64,000 nucleotides of DNA from Eledone cirrhosa. Its lineage: Eukaryota. The notes under the pieces were generated by a model that was not told the DNA's origin, did not search any database, and saw only the letters and a list, made by a program, of their open reading frames with translations. The stretch covers positions 259,904,001-259,968,000 of the forward strand of contig OZ024741.1 in assembly GCA_964016885.1 (NCBI GenBank), read 5' to 3'. The translations under genes and the position numbers were made by a program. Of the stretch, positions 39,901 through 54,954 are shown in pieces; the stretch's first letter is position 1; each line of letters opens with the position of its first letter.

Positions 39901-42900
39901 GTAAGTCAGAACACTCGTAAGTCAGAACACTCGTAAGTCAGAGCACTCGTATCGAAACACTCGTATGTCAAAACACCCGTAAGTCAAAACACTCGTAAGT
40001 CGAAACACTCGTAAGTCGAAACACTCGTAAGCCGAAACACCGTAAGCCAAAACACTCGTAAGTCGAAACACCCGTAAGTCGGAACACTCGTAAGTCGAAA
40101 CACTCGTAAGCCGAAACACTCATAAGCCGAAACACTCGTAAGTCGGAACACTCGTAAGTCAGAACACCCGTAAGTCAGAACACTCGTAGTCAGAACACTC
40201 GTTAGTCGAAACACTCGTAAGCCGAAACACTCGCAAGTCGAAGCACTCGTAATCCGAAACACTCTTAAGTCGAAACACTCGTAAGTCGGAAGACTCGTAA
40301 GTCAGAACACTCGTAAGTCAGAACACTCGTAAGTCGAAACACTCGTAAGCCGAAACATCCGTAAGTCAAAACATCCGTAGGTCAAAACATTCGTAAGTCG
40401 AAACACCCGTAGTCGAAACACTCGCATGTCGAAACACTCGTAAGTCGAAACACGCGTAAGTCGAAACACATGTAAGTCAAAACACTCGTAAGTCAAAACA
40501 CTCGTAAGCCGAAACACTCGTAAGTCGAAACACTCGTAAGTCGAAACACTCGTAAAGCGAAACGTATAAATAAAGATTAATGTAATGAATTTGAAAAGCA
40601 TAGAGATTTGAAACCGCGTCTATTTGTTATTTTCGTAAATCGAAACACTCGTAAGCCGAAACACTCGTGAGCCGAAACACTCGTAAGTCGGAACACTCGT
40701 AAGTCAGAACACTCGTAAGTCAGAACACTCGTAAGTCAGAACACTCGTAAGTCAGAACACTCGTAAGTTGAAACACTCGTATCGAAACACTCGTATGTCA
40801 AAACACCAGTAAGTCAAAACACTCGTAAGTCGAAACACTCGTAAGCCGAAACACCGTAAGTCAAAACACTCGTAAGTCGAAACACTCGTAAGTCGAAACA
40901 CTCGTAAGTCGAAACACTCGTAAGTCGAAACACTCGTAAGCCGAAACACTCGTAAGCCGAAACACTCGTAAGTCGGAACACTCGTAAGACAGAACACTCA
41001 TAAGTCAGAACACTCGTAAGTCAGAACACTCGTAAGTCGAAACACTCGTAAGCCGAAACACCGTAAGTCGAAACACCCGTATGTCGAAACACTCGTAAGC
41101 CGAAACACTCTTAAGTCGAAACACTCATAAGCCGAAACACTCGTAAGTCGGAACACTCGTAAGTCGAAACACCCGTAAGTCGGAACACTCGTAAGTCGAA
41201 ACACTCGTAAGTCGAAACACTCGTAAGCCGAAACACTCGTAAGCCGAAACACTCGTAAGTCGGAACACTCGTAAGTCGGAACACTCGTAAGTCAGAACAC
41301 TCGTAAGTCAGAACACTCGTAAGTCAGAACACTCGTAAGTCAGAATACTCGTAAGTCGAAACACTCGTATCGAAACACTCGTATGTCAAAACACCCGTAA
41401 GTCAAAACACTCGTAAGTCGAAACACTCGTAAGTCGAAACACTCGTATGTCGAAACATCCGTAAATCAGAACACTCGTAAGTCGAAACACTCGTAAGCCG
41501 AAACACTCGTAAGTCGAAACACTCGTATCGAAACACTCGTAAGTCGAAACACCCTTAAGTCAAAACACTCGTAAGCCAAAACACTCGTAAGTCGAAACAC
41601 TCGTAAGTCGGAACACTCGTAAGTCAGAACACTCGTAAGTCAGAACACTCGTAAGTGGAAACACGCGTAAGTCGAAAGACCCGTAAGTCAAAAATCTCGT
41701 AAGTCAAAACACTCGTAAGCCGAAACACTCGTAAGTCGAAACACTCGTAAGTCGAAACATTCGTAAAGCGAAACGTATAAATAAAGATTAATGTAATGAA
41801 CTTGAAAAGCATAGATATTTGAAACGCGTCTATTTGTTATTTTCGTAAGTCGAAACACTCGTAAGTCAGAACACTCGTAAGTCAGAACACTCTTAAGTGA
41901 GAACACTCGTATCGAAACACTCGTATGTCAAAACACCCGTAAGTCAAAACACTCGTAAGTCGAAACACTCGTAAGTCGAAACACTCGTAAGCCGAAACAA
42001 TCGTAAGTCAAAACACTCGTAAGTCGAAACACTCGTAAGCCGAAAATACTCGTAAGTCGGAACACCCGTAAGCCGAAACCCTCGTAGTTCGGAACACTCG
42101 TAAGTCGAAACACTCGTAAGTCGAAACACCCGTAAGTCGAAACACTCGTAAGTCGAAACACCCGTAAGTCGAAACATCCGTAAGACAAAACACTCGTATG
42201 TCGAAACACTCGTAAGCCGAGACACTCGTAAGTCGGAACACTCGCAAGTCAGAACACTCGTAAGTCAGAACACTCGTAAGTCGAAACACTCGTAAGTCGA
42301 AACACCCGTAAGTCGAAACGCCCGTAAGTCAAAACACTCGTATGTCGAAACACTCGCAAGCCGAAAAACCGTAAGTCAAAACACTCGTAAGTCGAAACAC
42401 TCGTAAGTCGAAACACTCGTAAGCCGAAACACTCGTAAGCGAAAACATTCGTAAGTCGAAACACTCGTAACCCGAAACACTCGTAAGTCGAAACACTCGA
42501 AAGCCGAAACACTCGTAAGTCGAAACACTCATAAGCCGAAACACTCGTAAGTCGGAACACTCGTAAGTCAGAACACCCGTAAGTCAGAACACTCGTAGTC
42601 AGAACACTCGTAAGTCGAAACACTCGTAAGCCGAAACACTCGCAAGTCGAAGCACTCGTAATCCGAAACACTCTTAAGTCGAAACACTCGTAAGTCAGAA
42701 CACTCGTAAGTCGAAACACTCGTAAGCCGAAACATCCGTAAGTCAAAACATCCGTAAGTCAAAACATTCGTAAGTCGAAACACCCGTAGTCGAAACACTC
42801 GCATGTCGAAACACTCGTAAGTCGAAACACGCGTAAGTCGAAACACATGTAAGTCAAAACACTCGTAAGTCAAAACACTCGTAAGCCGAAACACTCGTGA

Positions 42901-45610
42901 GTCGAAACACTCGTAAGTTGAAACACTCGTAAAGCGAAACGTATAAATAAAGATTAATGTAATGAATTTGAAAAGCATAGAGATTTGAAACCGCGTCTAT
43001 TTGTTATTTTCGTAAGTCGAAACACTCGTAAGCCGAAGCACTCGTGAGCCGAAACACTCGTAAGTCGGAACACTCGTAAGTCAGAACACTCGTAAGTCAG
43101 AACACTCGTAAGTTAGAACACTCGTAAGTCAGAACACTCGTAAGTCAGAACACTCGTAAGTCAGAACACTCGTAAGTCGAAACACTCGTATCGAAACACT
43201 CGTATGTCAAAACAGCAGTAAGTCAAAACACTCGTAAGTCGAAACACTCGTAAGCCGAAACACCGTAAGTCAAAACACTCGTAAGTCGAAACACTCGTAA
43301 GTCGAAACACTCGTAAGTCGAAACACTCGCAATCCGAAACACTCGTAAGCCGAAACACTCGTAAGTCGAAACACTCGTAAGTCGAAACACTCGTAAGCCG
43401 AAACACTCGTAAGCCGAAACACTCGTAAGTCGGAACACTCGTAAGTCAGAACACTCATAAGTCAGAACACTCGTAAGTCAGAACACTCGTAAGTCGAAAC
43501 ACTCGTAAGCCGAAACACCGTAAGTCGAAACACCCGTATGTCGAAACACTCGTAAGCCGAAACACTCTTAAGTCGAAACACTCATAAGCCGAAACACTCG
43601 TAAGTCGGAACACTCGTAAATCAGAACACCCGCAAGTCAGAACACTCGTAAATCAGAACACTCTTAAGTCGAAACTTACGTACGCCGAAACAATCGTAAG
43701 TCGAAACACTCGTAAGTCGAAACATCCTTAAGTCGAAACACTCGTACACCGAAACACTCGTAAGTATAAACATTAGTAAGTCGAAACACTCGTATGTCGA
43801 AACACTCGTAAACCGAAACACTCGTAAGTCGGAACACTCGTAAGTCAGAACACTCGTAAGTCAGAACACTCGTAAGTCGAAACACTCATAAGTCGAAACA
43901 CTCGTAAGTCGAAACACCCGTAAGTCGAAACACCCGTAAGTCGAAACACTCGTATGTCGAATAACTCGTAAGCCGAAACACCGTAAGTCAAAACACTCGT
44001 AAGTCGAAACACTCGTAAGTCGAAACACCCATAAGCCGAAACACTCGTAAGCCAAAACATTCGTAAGTCGAAACACTCGTAAACCGAAACACTCGTAAGC
44101 CAAAACATTCGTAAGTCGGAACACTCGTAAGTCAGAACACTCATAAGTCAGAACAGTCGTAAGTCAGAACACTCGTAAGTCGAAACACTCGTAAGCCGAA
44201 ACACCGTAAGTCGAAACACCCGTATGTCGAAACACTCGTAAGCCGAAACACTCTTAAGTCGAAACACCCATAGCCGAAACACTTGTAAGTCTGAACACAC
44301 GTAAGTCAGAACACCCGTAAGTCAGAACACTCGTAAGTCAGAACACTCGTAAGTCAGAACACTCGTAAGTCAGAGCACTCGTATCGAAACACTCGTATGT
44401 CAAAACACCCGTAAGTCAAAACACTCGTAAGTCGAAACACTCGTAAGTCGAAACACTCGTAAGCCGAAACACCGTAAGCCAAAACACTCGTAAGTCGAAA
44501 CACCCGTAAGTCGGAACACTCGTAAGTCGAAACACTCGTAAGCCGAAACACTCATAAGCCGAAACACTCGTAAGTCGGAACACTCGTAAGTCAGAACACC
44601 CGTAAGTCAGAACACTCGTAGTCAGAACACTCGTTAGTCGAAACACTCGTAAGCCGAAACACTCGCAAGTCGAAGCACTCGTAATCCGAAACACTCTTAA
44701 GTCGAAACACTCGTAAGTCGGAAGACTCGTAAGTCAGAACACTCGTAAGTCAGAACACTCGTAAGTCGAAACACTCGTAAGCCGAAACATCCGTAAGTCA
44801 AAACATCCGTAGGTCAAAACATTCGTAAGTCGAAACACCCGTAGTCGAAACACTCGCATGTCGAAACACTCGTAAGTCGAAACACGCGTAAGTCGAAACA
44901 CATGTAAGTCAAAACACTCGTAAGTCAAAACACTCGTAAGCCGAAACACTCGTAAGTCGAAACACTCGTAAGTCGAAACACTCGTAAAGCGAAACGTATA
45001 AATAAAGATTAATGTAATGAATTTGAAAAGCATAGAGATTTGAAACCGCGTCTATTTGTTATTTTCGTAAATCGAAACACTCGTAAGCCGAAACACTCGT
45101 GAGCCGAAACACTCGTAAGTCGGAACACTCGTAAGTCAGAACACTCGTAAGTCAGAACACTCGTAAGTTAGAACACTCGTAAGTCAGAACACTCGTAAGT
45201 CAGAACACTCGTAAGTCAGAACACTCGTAAGTCGAAACACTCGTATCGAAACACTCGTATGTCAAAACACCAGTAAGTCAAAACACTCGTAAGTCGAAAC
45301 ACTCGTAAGCCGAAACACCGTAAGTCAAAACACTCGTAAGTCGAAACACTCGTAAGTCGAAACACTCGTAAGTCGAAACACTCGTAAGCCGAAACACTCG
45401 TAAGCCGAAACACTCGTAAGTCGGAACACTCGTAAGTCAGAACACTCATAAGTCAGAACACTCGTAAGTCAGAACACTCGTAAGTCGAAACACTCGTAAG
45501 CCGAAACACCGTAAGTCGAAACACCCGTATGTCGAAACACTCGTAAGCCGAAACACTCTTAAGTCGAAACACTCATAAGCCGAAACACTCGTAAGTCGGA
45601 ACACTCGTAA
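36826..45610. repeat. Tandem block duplication, unit about 4.34-4.43 kb (36826-41162 and 41163 to about 45610)
   Basis: The offset is 4,337 (37287/41624), then 4,336 after a 1-bp deletion in the spacer (37592/41928), then 4,432 after a 96-bp (6-monomer) indel (38136/42568, 39189/43621, 40302/44734). Private shared variants are GTGAGAACAC, GCCGAGACAC and AACAGCAGTAA. Confidence 0.93.
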
Positions 45611-47259
45611 ATCAGAACACCCGCAAGTCAGAACACTCGTAAATCAGAACACTCTTAAGTCGAAACTCACGTACGCCGAAACACTCGTAAGTCGAAACAC
45701 TCGTAAGTCGAAACATCCTTAAGTCGAAACACTCGTACACCGAAACACTCGTAAGTATAAACATTAGTAAGTCGAAACACTCGTATGTCGAAACACTCGT
45801 AAACCGAAACACTCGTAAGTCGGAACACTCGTAAGTCAGAACACTCGTAAGTCAGAACACTCGTAAGTCGAAACACTCATAAGTCGAAACACTCGTAAGT
45901 CGAAACACCCGTAAGTCGAAACACCCGTAAGTCGAAACACTCGTATGTCGAATAACTCGTAAGCCGAAACACTCGTAAGCCAAAACATTCGTAAGTCGAA
46001 ACACTCGTAAACCGAAACACTCGTAAGCCAAAACATTCGTAAGTCGAAACACTCGTAAGTCGAAACACCCATAGCCGAAACACTTGTAAGTCTGAACACA
46101 CGTAAGTCAGAACACCCGTAAGTCAGAACACTCGTAAGTCAGAACACTCGTAAGTCAGAACACTCGTAAGTCAGAGCACTCGTATCGAAACACTCGTATG
46201 TCAAAACACCCGTAAGTCAAAACACTCGTAAGTCGAAACACTCGTAAGCCGAAACACCGTAAGCCAAAACACTCGTAAGTCGAAACATCCGTAAGTCGGA
46301 ACACTCGTAAGTCGAAACACTCGTAAGTCGAAACACTCGTAAGCCGAAACACTCGTAAGCCGAAACACTCGTAAGTCAGAACACTCGTAAGTCAGAACAC
46401 TCGTAAGTCAGAACACTCGTAAGTCAGAACACTCGTAAGTCGAAACACTCGTATCGAAACACTCGTATGTCAAAACACCCGTAAGTCAAAACACTCGTAA
46501 GTCGAAACACTCGTAAGTCGAAACATTCGTATGTCGAAACATCCGTAAATCAGAACACTCGTAAGTCGAAACACTCGTAAGTCGAAACACTCGTAAGCCG
46601 AAACACTCGTAAGTCGAAGCACTCGTATCGAAACACTCGTAAGTCGAAACACCCTTAAGTCAAAACACTCGTAAGCCAAAACACTCGTAAGTCGAAACAC
46701 TCGTAAGTCGGAACACTCGTAAGTCAGAACACTCGTAAGTCAGAACACTCGTAAGTGGAAACACGCGTAAGTCGAAACAGTCATAAGTCGAAACACTCGT
46801 AAGTCGAAACACCCGTAAGTCGAAACACCCGTAAGTCGAAACACTCGTATGTCGAATAACTCGTAAGCCGAAACACCGTAAGTCAAAACACTCGTAAGTC
46901 GAAACACTCGTAAGTCGAAACACCCATAAGCCGAAACACTCGTAAGCCAAAACATTCGTAAGTCGAAACACTCGTAAGTCGAAACACCCATAGCCGAAAC
47001 ACTCGTAAGTCTGAACACACGTAAGTCAGAACAGCCGTAAGTCAGAACACTCGTAAGTCAGAACACTCGTAAGTCAGAACACTCGTAAGTCAGAGCACTC
47101 GTATCGAAACACTCGTATGTCAAAACACCCGTAAGTCAAAACACTCGTAAGTCGAAACACTCGTAAGCCGAAACACCGTAAGCCAAAACACTCGTAAGTC
47201 GAAACACCCGTAAGTCGGAACACTCGTAAGTCGAAACACTCGTAAGTCGAAACACTCGT

Positions 47260-50200
47260 AAGCCGAAACACTCGTAAGCCGAAACACTCGTAAGTCGGAA
47301 CACTCGTAAGTCGGAACACTCGTAAGTCAGAACACTCGTAAGTCAGAACACTCGTAAGTCAGAACACTCGTAAGTCGAAACACTCGTATCGAAACACTCG
47401 TATGTCAAAACACCCGTAAGTCAAAACACTCGTAAGTCGAAACACTCGTAAGTCGAAACACTCGTATGTCGAAACATCCGTAAATCAGAACACTCGTAAG
47501 TCGAAACACTCGTAAGTCGAAACACTCGTAAGCCGAAACACTCGTAAGTCGAAGCACTCGTATCGAAACACTCGTAAGTCGAAACACCCTTAAGTCAAAA
47601 CACTCGTAAGCCAAAACACTCGTAAGTCGAAACACTCGTAAGTCGGAACACTCGTAAGTCAGAACACTCGTAAGTCAGAACACTCGTAAGTGGAAACACG
47701 CGTAAGTCGAAAGACCCGTAAGTCAAAAATCTCGTAAGTCAAAACACTCGTAAGCCGAAACACTCGTAAGTCGAAACACTCGTAAGTCGAAACATTCGTA
47801 AAGCGAAACGTATAAATAAAGATTAATGTAATGAACTTGAAAAGCATAGATATTTGAAACCGCGTCTATTTGTTATTTTCGTAAGTCGAAACACTCGTAA
47901 GTCAGAACACTCGTAAGTCAGAACACTCTTAAGTCAGAACACTCGTATCGAAACACGTATGTCAAAACACCCGTAAGTCAAAACACTCGTAAGTCGAAAC
48001 ACTCGTAAGTCGAAACACTCGTAAGCCGAAACAATCGTAAGTCAAAACACTCGTAAGTCGAAACACTCGTAAGCCGAAAATACTCGTAAGTCGGAACACC
48101 CGTAAGCCGAAACCCTCGTAGGTCGGAACACTCGTAAGTCGAAACACTCGTAAGTCGAAACACCCGTAAGTCGAAACACTCGTAAGTCGAAACACCCGTA
48201 AGTCGAAACATCCGTAAGTCAAAACACTCGTATGTCGAAACACTCGTAAGCCGAAACACTCGTAAGTCGGAACACTCGCAAGTCAGAACACTCGTAAGTC
48301 AGAACACTCGTAAGTCGAAACACTCGTAAGTCGAAACACCCGTAAGTCGAAACGCCCGTAAGTCAAAACACTCGTATGTCGAAACACTCGCAAGCCGAAA
48401 AACCGTAAGTCAAAACACTCGTAAGTCGAAACACTCGTAAATCGAAACACTCGTAAGCCGAAACACTCGTAAGCGAAAACATTCGTTAGTCGAAACACTC
48501 GTATCCCGAAACACTCGTAAGTCGAAACACTCGAAAGCCGAAACACTCGTAAGTCGAAACACTCATAAGCCGAAACACTCGTAAGTCGGAACACTCGTAA
48601 GTCAGAACACCCGTAAATCAGAACACTCGTAGTCAGAACACTCGTAAGTCGAAACACTCGTAAGCCGAAACACTCGCAAGTCGAAGCACTCGTAATCCGA
48701 AACACTCTTAAGTCGAAACACTCGTAAGTCGGAACACTCGTAAGTCAGAACACTCGTAAGTCAGAACACTCGTAAGTCGAAACACTCGTAAGCCGAAACA
48801 TCCGTAAGTCAAAACATCCGTAAGTCAAAACATTCGTAAGTCGAAACACCCGTAGTCGAAACACTCGCAAGTCGAAACACTCGTAAGTCGAAACACGCGT
48901 AAGTCGAAACACATGTAAGTCAAAACACTCGTAAGTCAAAACACTCGTAAGCCGAAACACTCGTAAGTCGAAACACTCGTAAGTCGAAACACTCGTAAAG
49001 CGAAACGTATAAATAAATATTAATGTAATGAATTTGAAAAGCATAGAGATTTGAAACCGCGTCTATTTGTTATTTTCGTAAGTCGAAACACTCGTAAGCC
49101 GAAACACTCGTGAGCCGAAACACTCGTAAGTCGGAACACTCGTAAGTCAGAACACTCGTAAGTCAGAACACTCGTAAGTTAGAACACTCGTAAGTCAGAA
49201 CACTCGTAAGTCAGAACACTCGTAAGTCGAAACACTCGTATCGAAACACTCGTATGTCAAAACACCCGTAAGTCAAAACACTCGTAAGTCGAAACACTCG
49301 TAAGTCGAAACACTCATAAGCCGAAACACTCGTAAGCCGAAACACTCGTAAGTCGGAACACTAGTAAGTCGGAACACTCGTAAGTCAGAACACTCGTAGG
49401 TCAGAACACTCGTAAGTCACAACACTCGTAAGTCAGAACACTCGTAAGTCGAAACACTCGTATCGAAACACTCGTATGTCAAAACACCCGTAAGTCAAAA
49501 CACTCGTAAGTCGAAACACTCGTAAGTCGAAACACTCGTATGTCGAAACATCCGTAAATCAGAACACTCGTAAGTCGAAACACTCGTAAGTCGAAACACT
49601 CGTAAGCCGAAACACTCGTAAGTCGAAGCACTCGTATCGAAACACTCGTAAGTCGAAACACCCTTAAGTCAAAACACTCGTAAGCCAAAACACTCGTAAG
49701 TCGAAACACTCGTAAGTCGGAACACTCGTAAGTCAGAACACTCGTAAGTCAGAACACTCGTAAGTGGAAACACGCGTAAGTCGAAAGACCCGTAAGTCAA
49801 AAATCTCGTAAGTCAAAACACTCGTAAGCCGAAACACTCGTAAGTCGAAACACTCGTAAGTCGAAACATTCGTAAAGCGAAACGTATAAATAAAGATTAA
49901 TGTAATGAACTTGAAAAGCATAGATATTTGAAACCGCGTCTATTTGTTATTTTCGTAAGTCGAAACACTCGTAAGTCAGAACACTCGTAAGTCAGAACAC
50001 TCTTAAGTCAGAACACTCGTATCGAAACACGTATGTCAAAACACCCGTAAGTCAAAACACTCGTAAGTCGAAAGACTCGTAAGTCGAAACACTCGTAAGC
50101 CGAAACAATCGTAAGTCAAAACACTCGTAAGTCGAAACACTCGTAAGCCGAAAATACTCGTAAGTCGGAACACCCGTAAGCCGAAACCCTCGTAGGTCGG

Positions 50201-53200
50201 AACACTCGTAAGTCGAAACACTCGTAAGTCGAAACACCCGTAAGTCGAAACACTCGTAAGTCGAAACACCCGTAAGTCGAAACATCCGTAAGTCAAAACA
50301 CTCGTATGTCGAAACACTCGTAAGCCGAAACACTCGTAAGTCGGAACACTCGCAAGTCGGAACACTCGTAAGTCAGAACACTCGTAAGTCGAAACACTCG
50401 TAAGTCGAAACACCCGTAAGTCGAAACGCCCGTAAGTCAAAACACTCGTATGTCGAAACACTCGCAAGCCGAAAAACCGTAAGTCAAAACACTCGTAAGT
50501 CGAAACACTCGTAAATCGAAACACTCGTAAGCCGAAACACTCGTAAGCGAAAACATTCGTTAGTCGAAACACTCGTAACCCGAAACACTCGTAAGTCGAA
50601 ACACTCGAAAGCCGAAACACTCGTAAGTCGAAACACTCATAAGCCGAAACACTCGTAAGTCGGAACACTCGTAAGTCAGAACACCCGTAAATCAGAACAC
50701 TCGTAGTCAGAACACTCGTAAGTCGAAACACTCGTAAGCCGAAACACTCGCAAGTCGAAGCACTCGTAATCCGAAACACTCTTAAGTCGAAACACTCGTA
50801 AGTCGGAACACTCGTAAGTCAGAACACTCGTAAGTCAGAACACTCGTAAGTCGAAACACTCGTAAGCCGAAACATCCGTAAGTCAAAACATCCGTAAGTC
50901 AAAACATTCGTAAGTCGAAACACCCGTAGTCGAAACACTCGCAAGTCGAAACACTCGTAAGTCGAAACACGCGTAAGTCGAAACACATGTAAGTCAAAAC
51001 ACTCGTAAGTCAAAACACTCGTAAGCCGAAACACTCGTAAGTCGAAACACTCGTAAGTCGAAACACTCGTAAAGCGAAACGTATAAATAAATATTAATGT
51101 AATGAATTTGAAAAGCATAGAGATTTGAAACCGCGTCTATTTGTTATTTTCGTAAGTCGAAACACTCGTAAGCCGAAACACTCGTGAGCCGAAACACTCG
51201 TAAGTCGGAACACTCGTAAGTCAGAACACTCGTAAGTCAGAACACTCGTAAGTTAGAACACTCGTAAGTCAGAACACTCGTAAGTCGAAACACTCGTATC
51301 GAAACACTCGTATGTCAAAACACCCGTAAGTCAAAACACTCGTAAGTCGAAACACTCGTAAGTCGAAACACTCGTAAGCCGAAACACTCGTAAGCCGAAA
51401 CACTCGTAAGTCGGAACACTCGTAAGTCGGAACACTCGTAAGACAGAACACTCGTAAGTCAGAACACTCGTAAGTCAGAACACTCGTAAGTCAGAACACT
51501 CGTAAGTCGAAACACTCGTATCGAAACACTCGTATGTCAAAACACCCGTAAGTCAAAACACTCGTAAGTCGAAACACTCGTAAGTCGAAACACTCGTATG
51601 TCGAAACATCCGTAAATCAGAACACTCGTAAGTCGAAACACTCGTAAGTCGAAACACTCGTAAGCCGAAACACTCGTAAGTCGAAGCACTCGTATCGAAA
51701 CACTCGTAAGTCGAAACACCCTTAAGTCAAAACACTCGTAAGCCAAAACACTCGTAAGTCGAAACACTCGTAAGTCGGAACACTCGTAAGTCAGAACACT
51801 CGTAAGTCAGAACACTCGTAAGTGGAAACACGCGTAAGTCGAAAGACCCGTAAGTCAAAAATCTCGTAAGTCAAAACACTCGTAAGCCGAAACACTCGTA
51901 AGTCGAAACACTCGTAAGTCGAAACATTCGTAAAGCGAAACGTATAAATAAAGATTAATGTAATGAACTTGAAAAGCATAGATATTTGAAACCGCGTCTA
52001 TTTGTTATTTTCGTAAGTCGAAACACTCGTAAGTCAGAACACTCGTAAGTCAGAACACTCGTATCGAAACACGTATGTCAAAACACCCGTAAGTCAAAAC
52101 ACTCGTAAGTCGAAACACTCGTAAATCGAAACACTCGTAAGCCGAAACAATCGTAAGTCAAAACACTCGTAAGTCGAAACACTCGTAAGCCGAAAATACT
52201 CGTAAGTCGGAACACCCGTAAGCCGAAACCCTCGTAGGTCGGAACACTCGTAAGTCGAAACACTCTTAAGTCGAAACACCCGTAAGTCGAAACACTCGTA
52301 AGTCGAAACACCCGTAAGTCGAAACATCCGTAAGTCAAAACACTCGTATGTCGAAACACTCGTAAGCCGAAACACTCGTAAGTCGGAACACTCGCAAGTC
52401 AGAACACTCGTAAGTCAGAACACTCGTAAGTCGAAACACTCGTAAGTCGAAACACCCGTAAGTCGAAACGCCCGTAAGTCAAAACACTCGTATGTCGAAA
52501 CACTCGCAAGCCGAAAAACCGTAAGTCAAAACACTCGTAAGTCGAAACACTCGTAAATCGAAACACTCGTAAGCCGAAACACTCGTAAGCGAAAACATTC
52601 GTTAGTCGAAACACTCGTAACCCGAAACACTCGTAAGTCGAAACACTCGAAAGCCGAAACACTCGTAAGTCGAAACACTCATAAGCCGAAACACTCGTAA
52701 GTCGGAACACTCGTAAGTCAGAACACCCGTAAATCAGAACACTCGTAGTCAGAACACTCGTAAGTCGAAACACTCGTAAGCCGAAACACTCGCAAGTCGA
52801 AGCACTCGTAATCCGAAACACTCTTAAGTCGAAACACTCGTAAGTCGGAACACTCGTAAGTCAGAACACTCGTAAGTCAGAACACTCGTAAGTCGAAACA
52901 CTCGTAAGCCGAAACATCCGTAAGTCAAAACATCCGTAAGTCAAAACATTCGTAAGTCGAAACACCCGTAGTCGAAACACTCGCAAGTCGAAACACTCGT
53001 AAGTCGAAACACGCGTAAGTCGAAACACATGTAAGTCAAAACACTCGTAAGTCAAAACACTCGTAAGCCGAAACACTCGTAAGTCGAAACACTCGTAAGT
53101 CGAAACACTCGTAAAGCGAAACGTATCAATAAAGATTAATGTAATGAATTTGAAAAGCATAGAGATTTGAAACCGCGTCTATTTGTTATTTTCGTAAGTC

Positions 53201-54470
53201 GAAACACTCGTAAGCCGAAACACTCGTGAGCCGAAACACTCGTAAGTCGGAACACTCGTAAGTCAGAACACTCGTAAGTCAGAACACTCGTAAGTTAGAA
53301 CACTCGTAAGTCAGAACACTCGTAAGTCAGAACACTCGTAAGTCAAAACACTCGTATCGAAACACTCGTATGTCAAAACACCCGTAAGTCAAAACACTCG
53401 TAAGTCGAAACACTCGTAAGTCGAAACACTCGTAAGCCGAAACACTCGAAAGCCGAAACACTCGTAAGTCGGAACACTCGTAAGTCGGAACACTCGTAAG
53501 TCAGAACACTCGTAAGTCAGAACACTCGTAAGTCAGAACACTCGTAAGTCAGAACACTCGTAAGTCGAAACACTCGTATCGAAACACTCGTATGTCAAAA
53601 CACCCGTAAGTCAAAACACTCGTAAGTCGAAACACTTGTAAGTCGAAACACTCGTATGTCGAAACATCCGTAAATCAGAACACTCGTAAGTCGAAACACT
53701 CGTAAGTCGAAACACTCGTAAGCCGAAACACTCGTAAGTCGAAGCACTCGTATCGAAACACTCGTAAGTCGAAACACCCTTAAGTCAAAACACTCGTAAG
53801 CCAAAACACTCGTAAGTCGAAACACTCGTAAGTCGGAACACTCGTAAGTCAGAACACTCGTAAGTCAGAACACTCGTAAGTGGAAACACGCGTAAGTCGA
53901 AAGACCCGTAAGTCAAAAATCTCGTAAATCAAAACACTCGTAAGCCGAAACACTCGTAACTCGAAACACTCGTAAGTCGAAACACTCGTAAGTCGAAACA
54001 TTCGTAAAGCGAAACGTATAAATAAAGATTAATGTAATGAACTTGAAAAGCATAGATATTTGAAACCGCGTCTATTTGTTATTTTCGTAAGTCGAAACAC
54101 TCGTAAGTCAGAACACTCGTAAGTCAGAAAACTCTTAAGTCAGAACACTCGTATCGAAACACGTATGTCAAAACACCCGTAAGTCAAAACACTCGTAAGT
54201 CGAAACACTCGTAAGTCGAAACACTCGTAAGCCGAAACAATCGTAAGTCAAAACACTCGTAAGTCGAAACACTCGTAAGCCGAAAATACTCGTAAGTCGG
54301 AACACCCGTAAGCCGAAACCCTCGTAGGTCGGAACACTCGTAAGTCAAAACACTCGTAAGTCGAAACACCCGTAAGTCGAAACACTCGTAAGTCGAAACA
54401 CCCGTAAGTCGAAACATCCGTAAGTCAAAACACTCGTATGTCGAAACACTCGTAAGCCGAAACACTCGTA
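47260..54470. repeat. 2,074/2,058-bp HOR, about 3.5 tandem copies with alternating B and A-type spacers
   Basis: ORF series 47405, 49479, 51537, 53595 (steps 2,074, 2,058, 2,058) and 48745, 50819, 52861. Spacers run B47802, A'48999, B49876, A'51073, B51934, A''53115, B54008. Confidence 0.93.
53115..53197. repeat. 83-bp spacer, allele A'' (also at 61324)
   Basis: Reads GTATCAATAAAG instead of GTATAAATAAAG. It occurs only in the two 8,209-bp copies. Confidence 0.94.
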
Positions 54471-54954
54471 AGTCAGAACACTCGTAAGTCAGAACACTCG
54501 TAAGTCGAAACACTCATAAGTCGAAACACTCGTAAGTCGAAACACCCGTAAGTCGAAACACCCGTAAGTCGAAACACTCGTATGTCGAATAACTCGTAAG
54601 CCGAAACACCGTAAGTCAAAACACTCGTAAGTCGAAACACTCGTAAGTCGAAACACCCATAAGCCGAAACATTCGTAAGCCAAAACATTCGTAAGTCGAA
54701 ACACTCGTAAACCGAAACACTCGTAAGCCAAAACATTCGTAAGTCGAAACACTCGTAAGTCGAAACACCCATAGCCGAAACACTTGTAAGTCTGAACACA
54801 CGTAAGTCAGAACACCCGTAAGTCAGAACACTCGTAAGTCAGAACACTCGTAAGTCAGAACACTCGTAAGTCAGAGCACTCGTATCGAAACACTCGTATG
54901 TCAAAACACCCGTAAGCCAAAACACTCGTAAGTCGAAACACCCGTAAGTCGGAA

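Noticed and set aside
50036-50779. Longest ORF (247 aa)
   Set aside because: It is a fusion of the usual 140-aa and 93-aa repeat ORFs, caused by a single GTCAGA>GTCGGA change at about 50359 that removes a TGA present in the paralogous HOR copies.
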